Shown here piece after piece: positions 9,421-18,745 of a DNA stretch of 64,000 nucleotides. Under the pieces are notes generated by a model, which worked only from the letters and a program-made list of their open reading frames with translations, had not been told where the DNA came from and ran no database searches. Source of the DNA: an archaeon (lineage in GTDB: Archaea > Undinarchaeota > Undinarchaeia > Undinarchaeales > JBDRKL01); the NCBI GenBank assembly GCA_043814055.1, contig JBDRKL010000007.1, forward strand, positions 62,766-126,765, written 5' to 3'. Position numbers and translations under genes: made by a program. How positions within the stretch are numbered: the stretch's first letter is position 1; every line of letters starts with the position of its first letter.

Positions 9421-9993
9421 TTATTCCTCCTTTAGTATCAATTCAACAGACTCATACAAGTCCTTGACCATGAAATCCGGCTTTGCGTTTTTTTCCTCAA
9501 GCAATTTGCAAACGTCGCACTTGCCCTGCATACCGATTAAGATTGTAGTGCAACTCGCACTTGCCCCTGCCTTGATGTCAGCCCAGCTGTCTCCAATCAT
9601 GTAAGACTGCTTTGCGTCAATGCCCAGGTCTTTGCAAGCCTGCTCAATCATGCCGGGTTTTGGCTTGCGGCACTCGCACTCGTCCTCGTGCTTGTGCGGG
9701 CAATAGTATATCGCGTCAAGCTTTGCATCAGCCGCTTCAGCGAGTTCTTTCTCCATTTTTTCGTGTATTTTCTTGAGCATTTCTTCAGTTAGGCGACCTT
9801 TTGCAATTGCTGGCTGGTTTGTAATTACAATCGCGAGGTAATCTGAGTTGTTTATCTTTTTAATTGCATCCGCAGCGCGCGGCAACAGTTTGAAATCGTT
9901 CGGCTTGAGTGGAGAGTCCACTATACCGAGCTCCTCGTTCAGATATGGCTCGTTTATGGTGCTGTCCCTGTCTATGAAGATTGCTTGCTTCAT
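9421..9993 (-). CDS. gmhB: D,D-heptose 1,7-bisphosphate phosphatase
   Basis: FIDRDSTIN, TNQP, CPH..CECRKPKPGM, IGD; start corrected to ATG 9993. Confidence 0.88.
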   Translation of the reverse strand: MKQAIFIDRDSTINEPYLNEELGIVDSPLKPNDFKLLPRAADAIKKINNSDYLAIVITNQPAIAKGRLTEEMLKKIHEKMEKELAEAADAKLDAIYYCPHKHEDECECRKPKPGMIEQACKDLGIDAKQSYMIGDSWADIKAGASASCTTILIGMQGKCDVCKLLEEKNAKPDFMVKDLYESVELILKEE

Positions 9994-10589
9994 TCTTTTT
10001 CTATTTTCTCCTTGAGCGCTGCGCACAACAGATGCGAGAGCACTGCGTGGAAGCCTTCTGTGAGCGGCGTGGATTCTACCGGCACAATTAGGCAATGGTC
10101 AGCCATCTGCTTCATTGCTCCGCCGTCAAAACCGGCAAGGCCGATTGCAACTCCACCATTGTCCTTTGCATACTGAAGCGCCTTGAGCAGGTTCTGGGAC
10201 CAGGTGCCTGCCTTGTCAGAGCCAGAGCCGCCGTGCACGCTGAACGCGATTACCACGTCGCCTTCCTTGAAGAAGTTGATGAGCTGTTCGGAGTAAACGT
10301 CACCCCAGCCGTTGTCATTTGTAAGAGCGCTGACAAGCGGAATGTTGTCCACGAGCGCAAGCGCCTTGAAGCGCTGTTTGCCTTCAACATTGCAGTATTT
10401 GTTCAGGTCACATGCCATGTGCGTTGCAGTTGATGCTGAGCCGCCATTTCCAATAAGGAAAACTGTTGAGCCGCGCTTCCACGCCTCAAAGAGCGCATCT
10501 ATGACTGCATCTATATCCTTTTGTGAAATATTTTTCACTATATCCTCCATGTTGGAGAAGTATTTTTCAAGAAATTCTTGGTTGTTCAT
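9990..10589 (-). CDS. gmhA: Sedoheptulose-7-phosphate isomerase (SIS domain)
   Basis: GNGGSASTATHMACDL, ALTND, GFDGG. Confidence 0.85.
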   Translation of the reverse strand: MNNQEFLEKYFSNMEDIVKNISQKDIDAVIDALFEAWKRGSTVFLIGNGGSASTATHMACDLNKYCNVEGKQRFKALALVDNIPLVSALTNDNGWGDVYSEQLINFFKEGDVVIAFSVHGGSGSDKAGTWSQNLLKALQYAKDNGGVAIGLAGFDGGAMKQMADHCLIVPVESTPLTEGFHAVLSHLLCAALKEKIEKE

Positions 10590-10665
10590 TTCAAAGTTTC
10601 ACCTCTTTCAGCAGCTTTGAAATAAACACGAAACTGCTTGACAGATTTATTGTTTTGTGCCTCAT
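10587..10665 (-). repeat. Start-codon dumbbell element (76 nt) with AAATGA duplication
   Basis: ATGA[G]GCACAAAAC/GTTTCGTGTTTAT plus ATTTCAAAG/CTTTGAAAT; SD GAGGTGA in loop 2; 24-aa mini-ORF 10591-10665. Confidence 0.88.
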
Positions 10666-11654
10666 TTTGCCTCCGAGTGCGCCTTGCTCCAGTTGTAGAG
10701 CTTGTGCACTAGTTTTATTGATTCAAGAGCGTCATTCGCGTTCGCGAGCGGCTCGCGGTTTTCCTCTATTGCTGCAAGAAGTTCCTTGAACTCAAGAGCC
10801 CAAGAGTTGTCAGCTTCAGGAAATTCAAACACCTCTTGGTCAGGCGGACCCATCTCTGGTTTCATCTTGTAGAGCGTGAGAGTTTCTGGACCGTAGCTTC
10901 TGCCGAGCCCGTTTATTTCAATTACACCTGTCTTGCCGAATATGTGGAAGTAAAATCGGTTTTTCCACTCGGTCCAGCTTGCGTGCAGGAACGCTGTTTT
11001 GCCTTCCTTGCTCCTGAGTATTGCAAAGCCATTGTCCTCAACTGGTATTTCCCAGAATTCGTTTGTCGCGAAGCCGACAGCATCATCAAAATTGCCGGCG
11101 TACCAGCGCGAAAGATCAATTAAATGAGAACCTTGGTCAAGCATTTCTCCGCCGCCGCTTTTCTCTGGGTTTGCGCGCCACTCTTTTTCATATCCTGGGC
11201 GACCGCCGTGGCCATAAACAGCGCGGATGTAGCAGAACTCGCCGATTGCTCCGGAGTCCAAGAGCTCCTTTGCCTTGAGCATCGCGGGGTGGTATCTGTG
11301 ATTGAATCCAACTTTGACTTTCTTGCCGGATTCCTGCGCGGCTTTGACCAACTGCGCGACTTCGTCAGGATTCCTGCCGGCTGGTTTTTCAACAAGCACG
11401 TGCTTGCCGTTTTGGAGTGCTTCAACTGATATTGGTGTGAGCAGGTCGTGTGTAGTGCATACAAAAACTATGTCAATTTCAGGATTTGATACGACTTCTT
11501 TCCAGTCCGTGGTGTATTTGCAATTGTATTCTGACGCAAGTTTTTTTGCACTTTCCTCATTAACGTCTGCAACTTGGATGAGCTCTGCGCCTTCAAGCGC
11601 TGCCGCGCGCTTGTTGCCTATGAGCCCTGCGCCGATTATTCCAACGTTAACCAT
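10662..11654 (-). CDS. Gfo/Idh/MocA oxidoreductase
   Basis: GIIGAGLIG, HVLVEKP, GFNHRY, GGGEMLDQGSH; start 11654 or 11660. Confidence 0.88.
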   Translation of the reverse strand: MVNVGIIGAGLIGNKRAAALEGAELIQVADVNEESAKKLASEYNCKYTTDWKEVVSNPEIDIVFVCTTHDLLTPISVEALQNGKHVLVEKPAGRNPDEVAQLVKAAQESGKKVKVGFNHRYHPAMLKAKELLDSGAIGEFCYIRAVYGHGGRPGYEKEWRANPEKSGGGEMLDQGSHLIDLSRWYAGNFDDAVGFATNEFWEIPVEDNGFAILRSKEGKTAFLHASWTEWKNRFYFHIFGKTGVIEINGLGRSYGPETLTLYKMKPEMGPPDQEVFEFPEADNSWALEFKELLAAIEENREPLANANDALESIKLVHKLYNWSKAHSEAK

Positions 11655-12492
11655 TTTCATCACCTTTCTTCTCAAACGCTAGGAAATTGTCAATTCGCCT
11701 GAGCCTGTAGAGCGAATTGTTTTCAAAATCAGATTTGCTGAGATTTTCCCAGTTGTCCCACTTCGCGCTTATAAGGCGGCCGGTTATTCCGTTGGATTTT
11801 TCAGATGCGAGGAAAGAAACAAGCTCCGCGACTTTTTCAACTGAATCACCGCCGAATTCTTTCTGCTTCTTGGATTGCTCCAGAAAGTCCTTGCCAGCTT
11901 TTTCACCCGCTTCAAGAATCTGCTCAAGAAGCTGGGTGTTTATTGCCCCAGGAGCTATGCAGTTGATGTCAATGTTTTTCAATTCAATGGAAAGACACTG
12001 GGTCAGACCGGCAACAGCGAATTTTGAAGTGGTGTATGCGCTTAGGTTTGGCTTAAGGTTTCCTCCAACTCCGCCGCCTGCTAGGTTTATGATTTTTCCG
12101 CTTGGCATATGCGGAAGCACTGCCTTTATGCAGTTCACCATTCCGAGCAGGTTGACCTCAATGGTCTTCTGCCACAGCTTAAGGTCATTCTGTTCAAGTG
12201 GGCCGATTGGACCGTACATTCCGGCGTTGTTTACAAGAATATCTATCTTGCCGAACTTCTCAGCTGCCTGTGAAAAGCATTTTTTAATGCTTTCTGAATC
12301 TGAAACGTCTGCCTGACACTTCAGAACTTCAACCCCGCTTAGTTCGGATTCAAGCGAGTCAAGGTCTGCTCTGGTTCGCGCGATTATTACAAGGTTTGAG
12401 CCCTGGCTTGCGAGATGCTTGGCTATTTGGCGGCCAATTCCCTTGCCAGCACCGGTAATTACGCTTGTTTTTCCGCTCAGTGTTTTTACCAT
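11647..12492 (-). CDS. Short-chain dehydrogenase/reductase
   Basis: TGAGKGIG, NNAG, YTTSK. Confidence 0.88.
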   Translation of the reverse strand: MVKTLSGKTSVITGAGKGIGRQIAKHLASQGSNLVIIARTRADLDSLESELSGVEVLKCQADVSDSESIKKCFSQAAEKFGKIDILVNNAGMYGPIGPLEQNDLKLWQKTIEVNLLGMVNCIKAVLPHMPSGKIINLAGGGVGGNLKPNLSAYTTSKFAVAGLTQCLSIELKNIDINCIAPGAINTQLLEQILEAGEKAGKDFLEQSKKQKEFGGDSVEKVAELVSFLASEKSNGITGRLISAKWDNWENLSKSDFENNSLYRLRRIDNFLAFEKKGDENG

Positions 12493-13796
12493 TAGACCCC
12501 CATCCCGTAGTATTCAAACCCGGCTGACTTAAGCAATTTGTGGTCAAGGAAATTTTTAATGTCGTATATCTCTGGGCTCTTCATGGCTTTGCCTAGTTTT
12601 TTAAAGTCAATCTCTTTGAACTCCGGCCACTCTGTGGCAAGTATTAGCGCGTCGCAATTCTTCGCTGCTTCGTCTGCTGTTTTTGAGAGTATGATTTCCT
12701 TTGTGTCTTCGCTTGGTTCTGAAATTTTTGGGTCAAATGCCTTTACTTCTGCACCCTCCTTTTTCAAGGCTGACGCGATTTCAAGTGAGATTGAGCGCCG
12801 AAGCGTGTCCGTATTCGGCTTGTAGGTCAGACCGAGGAGCCCGAACGTGAGGCCGCTCAGATTTTTGTGCTTTTTCCTGATTTTTTTCAGGAGTGCATTT
12901 ATCCGGTTCCTGTTCACGCTGAGCACTGAGTCAAGGAGCGCGGTTTCAATTTTATTTTCTTCGCCGAGCTTTCTGAGAGTTTGTATGTCGCGGCCGAGAG
13001 TTCCTCCGGCAAAGCCGAAGCCCGGCAGTATTGGGGCTTTTGGACTCACGCGGGAGTCTGCCTTGAGCGTTTCTACAACTTCAAATGCATTCGCGCCGAC
13101 TGATTCGCAGAGGTCTGCGAGCTCGCTTGAGAAACTTATGCAGGTTGCGAGGTACGCGTTCATCGCGTGCTTTGACATTTCCGCGCTTTCAACTCTTATC
13201 ACTATTTTTTTGCAATCAATTTTGTCAAAAACACTAAGAACTTTTTCTTCAGCTTCTTTGTCACTCACGCCAAAGACCATTCGGTCTGGCTCAAGGAATA
13301 TCTTTATCGCATTGTTAAGCCTCAGATTTTCCGGAACGTATGAGATTTTCACTTTGCCCTCTCCAAACTTTTTATCAAACAGCCCCTTGAGTTTCCTGCA
13401 AGTTCCAACTGGGACTTGACTGGTCATCACTATTGCTGGAAATTCGTTGTTCTCATTTGGCTTGAGGTTTTCAAGCAAGTAGTCTGTTGAGTTGTCGATT
13501 ATGGATAGGTCAACAACATCATTGTCATCAACTGGTGTGTCAAAAGCTATGAAAATGAAATCAGTGTTTAGGAGTTCTGGGCTGAGTTTGGAAAATGAAA
13601 GCGCACCTGAGCTTATGTGTGCATTTACAAGTTCTTCCAAACCAGGCTCGTAGATTGGCAATTTGCCACCTGAGATTTCTTCCACCCTTGTTTCATCAAA
13701 ATCTGTGCCTATCACTGTGTGGCTAAGTTTTGGAAGACACGCGCAGTGGACAAGACCAAGATGCCACAATCCGATGACTAAAATTTTGACCCCCAT
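12492..13796 (-). CDS. UDP-glucose/GDP-mannose dehydrogenase family protein lacking the catalytic Cys
   Basis: PIYEPGL, PENLR, AEMSKHAMNAYLA, GLTYKPNTD; GFAGGTLGRD replaces GxGGxCxxKD. Confidence 0.8.
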   Translation of the reverse strand: MGVKILVIGLWHLGLVHCACLPKLSHTVIGTDFDETRVEEISGGKLPIYEPGLEELVNAHISSGALSFSKLSPELLNTDFIFIAFDTPVDDNDVVDLSIIDNSTDYLLENLKPNENNEFPAIVMTSQVPVGTCRKLKGLFDKKFGEGKVKISYVPENLRLNNAIKIFLEPDRMVFGVSDKEAEEKVLSVFDKIDCKKIVIRVESAEMSKHAMNAYLATCISFSSELADLCESVGANAFEVVETLKADSRVSPKAPILPGFGFAGGTLGRDIQTLRKLGEENKIETALLDSVLSVNRNRINALLKKIRKKHKNLSGLTFGLLGLTYKPNTDTLRRSISLEIASALKKEGAEVKAFDPKISEPSEDTKEIILSKTADEAAKNCDALILATEWPEFKEIDFKKLGKAMKSPEIYDIKNFLDHKLLKSAGFEYYGMGV

Positions 13797-14776
13797 TAGT
13801 TACCCACCAATATTTTTGAACCCTCAAAGTCAAACTTGAATTTGACTTCGTGAAGACCCTCTTTTTTCATTGCTGAGCGGAGCTTGCCGGCATCTTCTGT
13901 GCAGAACATGAGAAATCCGCCACCGCCGGCTCCGACCAGCTTTCCGCCTATTGCGCCATTTTTAATTGCAATGTCGTACCATTTGTCAATTTCAGGATTG
14001 CTCATACCTTCCGTGCGCGTTCGCTTGTTTTTCCAGTGAACATCAAAAAGCTCGCCGAGCTCACGTAAGTTTCCAGATTCAATTGCCTTCCCGCATTTTA
14101 TGCCGAGCTCTTTTGTTTTCTTGAGATTTTCAATCATGTGTGAATCTGCGCTTTTACTCTTGTCATCCTGGTCTTTGAGTATTGCAGATGCAGAGCGGGT
14201 CTGTGAGGTGAAGAACAATAAGAGGTTATTCTCAAGCTCGTTGACTATGTCAGGAGAGAGCTTGAGCTGGTTTATTTCAACGTTTCCATTGCTCTTGAAC
14301 GTGAAAGACGTTATGCCACCGAAGGCGGCTATGTACTGATCCTGCTTCCCGACCGGCTCTTTAAGAATGTCCATTTCAATGTGGCATGCCTCTTCCGCCA
14401 AGTTCTTTGTCAGGATTTTTTCTCGCTTGTAGTGGTGCAGCGCGTTCAGGAGCCCGACCGTAAACGAGCCCGAAGAGCCAAGGCCAGTGCCGGCTGGGAT
14501 GTCCGCCATGCTCGCGACCTCTATTCGTTTTGTGACTCCGGTAAGCTTGAGAGCCTCGCGTATGAGCGGGTGTTTCAGGTCGTCAATGTTGTCAACGCGC
14601 TCGGATTTTGAGTAGTGGGCTATTATGTCGTCCTTGAAATTCTCGTGCAGGCTTATGTAGACGTATTTGTCTATCGCCGCGCTTATCAGAAAACCGTCAT
14701 CCTGCGTGTAATATGACGGCAGGTCAGTGCCCCCGCCCCCCAAGCTGATGCGCAAAGGTGTCTGAGAGATAATCAT
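13796..14776 (-). CDS. hddA: D-glycero-D-manno-heptose 7-phosphate kinase (GHMP family)
   Basis: GGGGTDLP, GTGLGSSG, GKQDQY, GAGGGGF. Confidence 0.9.
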   Translation of the reverse strand: MIISQTPLRISLGGGGTDLPSYYTQDDGFLISAAIDKYVYISLHENFKDDIIAHYSKSERVDNIDDLKHPLIREALKLTGVTKRIEVASMADIPAGTGLGSSGSFTVGLLNALHHYKREKILTKNLAEEACHIEMDILKEPVGKQDQYIAAFGGITSFTFKSNGNVEINQLKLSPDIVNELENNLLLFFTSQTRSASAILKDQDDKSKSADSHMIENLKKTKELGIKCGKAIESGNLRELGELFDVHWKNKRTRTEGMSNPEIDKWYDIAIKNGAIGGKLVGAGGGGFLMFCTEDAGKLRSAMKKEGLHEVKFKFDFEGSKILVGN

Positions 14777-14883
14777 ATTGTTTCAGTCGTGAATCAGCCT
14801 ATATAAACGTTATAGAACAAGAGTTCATACCCAAGATTCGGAAACAAAGATATTTATAGATTACAAAGAGAGGGTAGAGAATA

Positions 14884-15894
14884 ATGGAAGTAAGCGTTAT
14901 TGTTATCACCTATAACGAGGAACAGAACCTGGGAGAATGCCTTGAGTCGCTTGTGGCGCAGGACTACCCACCGAAAGACTACGAAATTCTCATAGTGGAT
15001 GCTGATTCAACTGATAGAACTCATGAGATAGTAAAGAAGTTTTCAAAGAAGTACAAGAACATCTCACTGCATATTGAAAAGAAAATGGGACGGCCAGCCA
15101 GCAGAAACCGCGGAATAAAGGAAGCAAAATATGGATACGTTGCATTCACAGATGCGGACTGCGTTGTGCCAAAGAATTGGCTGAGTGAACTGGCCAAAGC
15201 GTTTGATAAGAACCGCACGGAAAACCTTGCAGGTGTCGGAGGCGCAAACATAGCTCCAAAAGACGCTGTGGATTTCATGAAAGCGGTCTACATAGCGCAG
15301 AACACGTTTCTTGGATCGCTCGGAAGCGTGCAGAGCAAGGTCTTTGACAAGGTTGGGAAGGTAAGGAGCATTGCGTGCGCGAATGCTTTCTATGACAAGA
15401 GAAAGCTGGAGGAGGTTGACGGGTTCACAAAGGGTATTGTAGGGGATGATTGGGAGCTCAATTATAAATTAAGGAAAAAGGGCTACGAACTGCTTACGGT
15501 TCCAAAGTCGTACGTATGGCACAAGTTCAGGGCAACCCCGCGGGTTTTTTTAAAGCACATGTACATCTACGGCCGGATTCGCGGTGATTTGTTCAGGAGA
15601 TATCCTGATACGCTTTTTTCAGTTTACTCACTTTCACTCATTTTCACCCTGATTATATTGGCGCCGCTGTTTTACTGGGTACATCCAATATTTTTGCTAC
15701 CGCTCCTTTATTTTCCAACTATACTGGCGTACAGCGCATACCTAGCTATAAAGAACAAGAGTGCAGAACTATGGGCAAAAGTGTTCGCGGTCTTTGTCAT
15801 ACAGCACTTCGCGTATTCATTTTCAGTGCCGATTGGAATGGTAGTAAGATTTAAGGTCCGCAAAAGTATTAAAGAAGGACTGGCAAGAGAATAG
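14884..15894 (+). CDS. GT2 glycosyltransferase with C-terminal TM helices
   Basis: VITYNEE, VDADSTD, FTDADC, GDDWEL. Confidence 0.88.
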   Translation: MEVSVIVITYNEEQNLGECLESLVAQDYPPKDYEILIVDADSTDRTHEIVKKFSKKYKNISLHIEKKMGRPASRNRGIKEAKYGYVAFTDADCVVPKNWLSELAKAFDKNRTENLAGVGGANIAPKDAVDFMKAVYIAQNTFLGSLGSVQSKVFDKVGKVRSIACANAFYDKRKLEEVDGFTKGIVGDDWELNYKLRKKGYELLTVPKSYVWHKFRATPRVFLKHMYIYGRIRGDLFRRYPDTLFSVYSLSLIFTLIILAPLFYWVHPIFLLPLLYFPTILAYSAYLAIKNKSAELWAKVFAVFVIQHFAYSFSVPIGMVVRFKVRKSIKEGLARE

Positions 15895-15900
15895 GTCTGA

Positions 15901-16488
15901 ATGGAATTAAAAAAATGTCAACAAATAGAAATGGGGAAGATAGCGGAGCTTGTAAAAGGCAAGCGAATAATTGACTTTGGATTTGCAGAGACACCTAATC
16001 CTTTTCTTGAGGGGGGTGTTATAGGCGTTGATATAAATAAGCCGTATAAGATGCCCAAGAATTATGACAGGTTCGTCCAGCAGGACCTAAATGAAACTCC
16101 TTATTCTTTCAGAAGTGGATATGCAGATTGTATAACAGCATCGGAGGTTATTGAACACCTTGAACGACCGTATGATTTTTTGAAAGAATGCCATCGCATA
16201 CTAAAGCCAAAGGGAAAACTGCTACTGTCCACGCCAAATGCATTTTACTACACAGTGTTTGTCAGTGCGATGCTGGGTAAGTGGAAAGTTTATGCAAAAA
16301 AGAAAACTGACGAACACCTCCAGGAGTGGTCAATACCATTAATGAAGTATAATTTGGAGAAATTTGGGTTCAAAGTTGTGAACGTGCTTCCAACTTTCAT
16401 CACAATTCCAAAGACGAGGATTACAATAGGACTGAGAAAGGTGCTTAATCTTTCAAGCACAGTTATTTATGAATGTGTCAGGAAATGA
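15901..16488 (+). CDS. Class I SAM-dependent methyltransferase
   Basis: IIDFG, ASEVIEHL, RILKPKGKLLLSTPN. Confidence 0.8.
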   Translation: MELKKCQQIEMGKIAELVKGKRIIDFGFAETPNPFLEGGVIGVDINKPYKMPKNYDRFVQQDLNETPYSFRSGYADCITASEVIEHLERPYDFLKECHRILKPKGKLLLSTPNAFYYTVFVSAMLGKWKVYAKKKTDEHLQEWSIPLMKYNLEKFGFKVVNVLPTFITIPKTRITIGLRKVLNLSSTVIYECVRK

Positions 16489-16588
16489 GAGCTATAAAAA
16501 ATCAAATAATATGGTGAAGAAGTAATCGATTCGCTGCCAAAAATTATTGGGCAGAAGTGCCCCTCACAAAATTTAAAGAATACCTAGC

Positions 16589-18694
16589 TCAGTAGATTAC
16601 CTTGAATACCTTAATTTCTTCGCCGAACTTGGTTATAAGCTCAAAATGCTCAAGACCTGCACCTTCAAAGAAGTGCAGCCTTGTGAGCATATTCTCCTCA
16701 AGATTCTTTGGTAGGTAAATTGCCTGCTGGAATCCAGGCTGTAAGTAGAGCATCGCATCAAGGGTGTTTTCACCATCTGTCTGGCTCACCATTCCTAGGC
16801 CATTCTGGTTGAATAGGAATACTCTTTGTATCTGCTGGCTCTGGTAGCCCTGCCGAAGTGTTGCAGTGACTTCTTGCTCCTGCAGGTTTACAATTATGCT
16901 TGAACCCGAACCAAGATTATAGATTAGGAGCGTGCCATTGGAAGTTTGCTTATAATCGGACAGACTGAGTATTGGGTAATACTCACCCTTGCCGCGGCCG
17001 AGGAAGCTTATCGGACCATACTTTGCTATGAGGTCAGAGCTTGTGAAGAAGTAGCTCACGTTGTACTTGTCCAGCAACTCAACAGCTTCTTGTTCATCAG
17101 TGCTTGTGAATATCATGCCAAGGTCGTGGACATGGAATGGATTCTGGCTCCCGTCTGCCACAACAGACCTTTCTGCAAGCGCCGTGACTGCGTGGCCAGG
17201 GTCCCACCAAGATGCGAAAATTGCATCTTTTGGCGTTTCTGTGCGCGCCCACTCAAAGAAGTTGAGCCAGTTTGGACCAAGGGACGGGCCTGATTGTTTT
17301 GAGATTAGGGTTGCAGTTGAGAAATATGAAGGTCCTACTGGAGCGCCATCAGAGGAAGGAGTGTTTGGAACACTGAATATTACAAGAACCACAAACAATA
17401 ATATTAATATTGAAAGGATTGGTTTCTTTTTGTTAATTAGTGAGAGGAGATATGAAACAGCCACTGCACTAAATATGATGAGTGGAATGACCATCATCTC
17501 TATGAAGCGGACTGCGCCGAGGGAGGAATATAGGGTTGCGAGGAACCAGAGCGCGAAGAACATTAAATGGTGTACTTTTCCCTTAATTTTTTTCCATAAG
17601 CCAAGCGGCAGTAAGCAGAAGAATGTTATTGCAAGGATCAGATTGGTAATATGAATACTAGATAAAAGTGCTTTGGTTGATGGCGGGTTCATTTCAGAAA
17701 CTGTCAGCATGACGTTTCTTACTTCAACGTCACCCTGAGCCACTGTTTCTGTGGTTTTTAGGTTCAAAGCGCTTGATATCGCGCCCCAAAACTTGACTGC
17801 ACCGAGACCCTGAACAGCAGCAATTATGAGTAGACCAACTACCAAGAGTATTAGAAGAGTCAGGTATTTTTTGTCATGCTCTTTGAAATGTGATTTTATG
17901 TTGTTAATTAAATTAGCTTCTTTGTTGAGAAGGTTTTTAGAAATGTGGTATAGGAAATAGAAGAACGCCGAGGCTAGCATAAGCAAAGGTGCAAACTGAT
18001 AACCGCCCCAGGTAAGGCCGAAAAGACCGAGTGAGAGTCCGCCGGCAAGGGCATAATATATTGATTTTTTATCCCACGCAGCCAAGAAGAAGTAGAAGGT
18101 TAGTATGGTGAAAAAAGCAATAGGCGCATCTGAATCAGAGAACCCGATAACACTTCTCTGCAGGAATGGCGCGGATAGAGTGTAGAGAAACGCCGCAGAG
18201 AGGCCTGCTTTTGCTCCAAAGAGCTGCCTCACGAGCAGAAACATTGCCAGCACTGCGAAAATGCCGAAGATGGCAGGCGTATATCTTGTCCATTCAACAA
18301 GGCTTGAAGTCATAAAGGTTCCAAAGAACTTGTAGGAATATGCTATGAAGTATGGGTAGAGCTCAAAAGCAGATTGACTTCCAAAGGGCGCGTCATGCAT
18401 TGTGTCCCACGTGACCATTTTTCCATTGACTTCTTTCATTGTATCACCGATGTAGCCGTGATCCAGAACTTCGCTTGCGTGCCTGTAGTGCCAATAGGGA
18501 TCCATTGCAGAAAGAGAGCCTTCATTTATGCCAGTGTAATTAGCCACTGGAGCAAAGCGAAGCCATGCTGAGAGAAGCAGGATTAGGATAAGTATGATGT
18601 AAGTTACAGCTTTCTTGTTTTCAGTCAGTTTACTCAGAAAGCCGAACTTTTCTGCGAACTTTGAAAAGTCCAGCTCAATCTCCTTTTCTCCCAT
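16589..18694 (-). CDS. aglB: Oligosaccharyltransferase STT3/AglB
   Basis: DPYWH, many TM segments, TVSE, SWWDPGH, soluble C-terminal domain. Confidence 0.92.
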   Translation of the reverse strand: MGEKEIELDFSKFAEKFGFLSKLTENKKAVTYIILILILLLSAWLRFAPVANYTGINEGSLSAMDPYWHYRHASEVLDHGYIGDTMKEVNGKMVTWDTMHDAPFGSQSAFELYPYFIAYSYKFFGTFMTSSLVEWTRYTPAIFGIFAVLAMFLLVRQLFGAKAGLSAAFLYTLSAPFLQRSVIGFSDSDAPIAFFTILTFYFFLAAWDKKSIYYALAGGLSLGLFGLTWGGYQFAPLLMLASAFFYFLYHISKNLLNKEANLINNIKSHFKEHDKKYLTLLILLVVGLLIIAAVQGLGAVKFWGAISSALNLKTTETVAQGDVEVRNVMLTVSEMNPPSTKALLSSIHITNLILAITFFCLLPLGLWKKIKGKVHHLMFFALWFLATLYSSLGAVRFIEMMVIPLIIFSAVAVSYLLSLINKKKPILSILILLFVVLVIFSVPNTPSSDGAPVGPSYFSTATLISKQSGPSLGPNWLNFFEWARTETPKDAIFASWWDPGHAVTALAERSVVADGSQNPFHVHDLGMIFTSTDEQEAVELLDKYNVSYFFTSSDLIAKYGPISFLGRGKGEYYPILSLSDYKQTSNGTLLIYNLGSGSSIIVNLQEQEVTATLRQGYQSQQIQRVFLFNQNGLGMVSQTDGENTLDAMLYLQPGFQQAIYLPKNLEENMLTRLHFFEGAGLEHFELITKFGEEIKVFKVIY

Positions 18695-18745
18695 GGCTAG
18701 CTAGTAACTTTGTGTGATTAATAAATCTTTTGATTTAAAAATAGA

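Noticed and set aside
9994-10095. N-terminal extensions in the ORF track (gmhB, also gmd, pth2, ef1b, trm5 and the 44379 ORF)
   Set aside because: They overlap neighbouring genes or elements; downstream ATGs fit the family N-termini and stop/start coupling better.
6232-13419. Long antisense ORFs (6232-7011, 11717-12316, 12847-13419; similarly 17061-17654 and 47428-47949)
   Set aside because: Shadow frames opposite well-supported genes with no recognisable motifs.
16489-16588. TGCC...GGCA...TGCC mini double hairpin between convergent genes
   Set aside because: Stems are only 4-5 bp over 23 nt; compatible with chance or a plain terminator.
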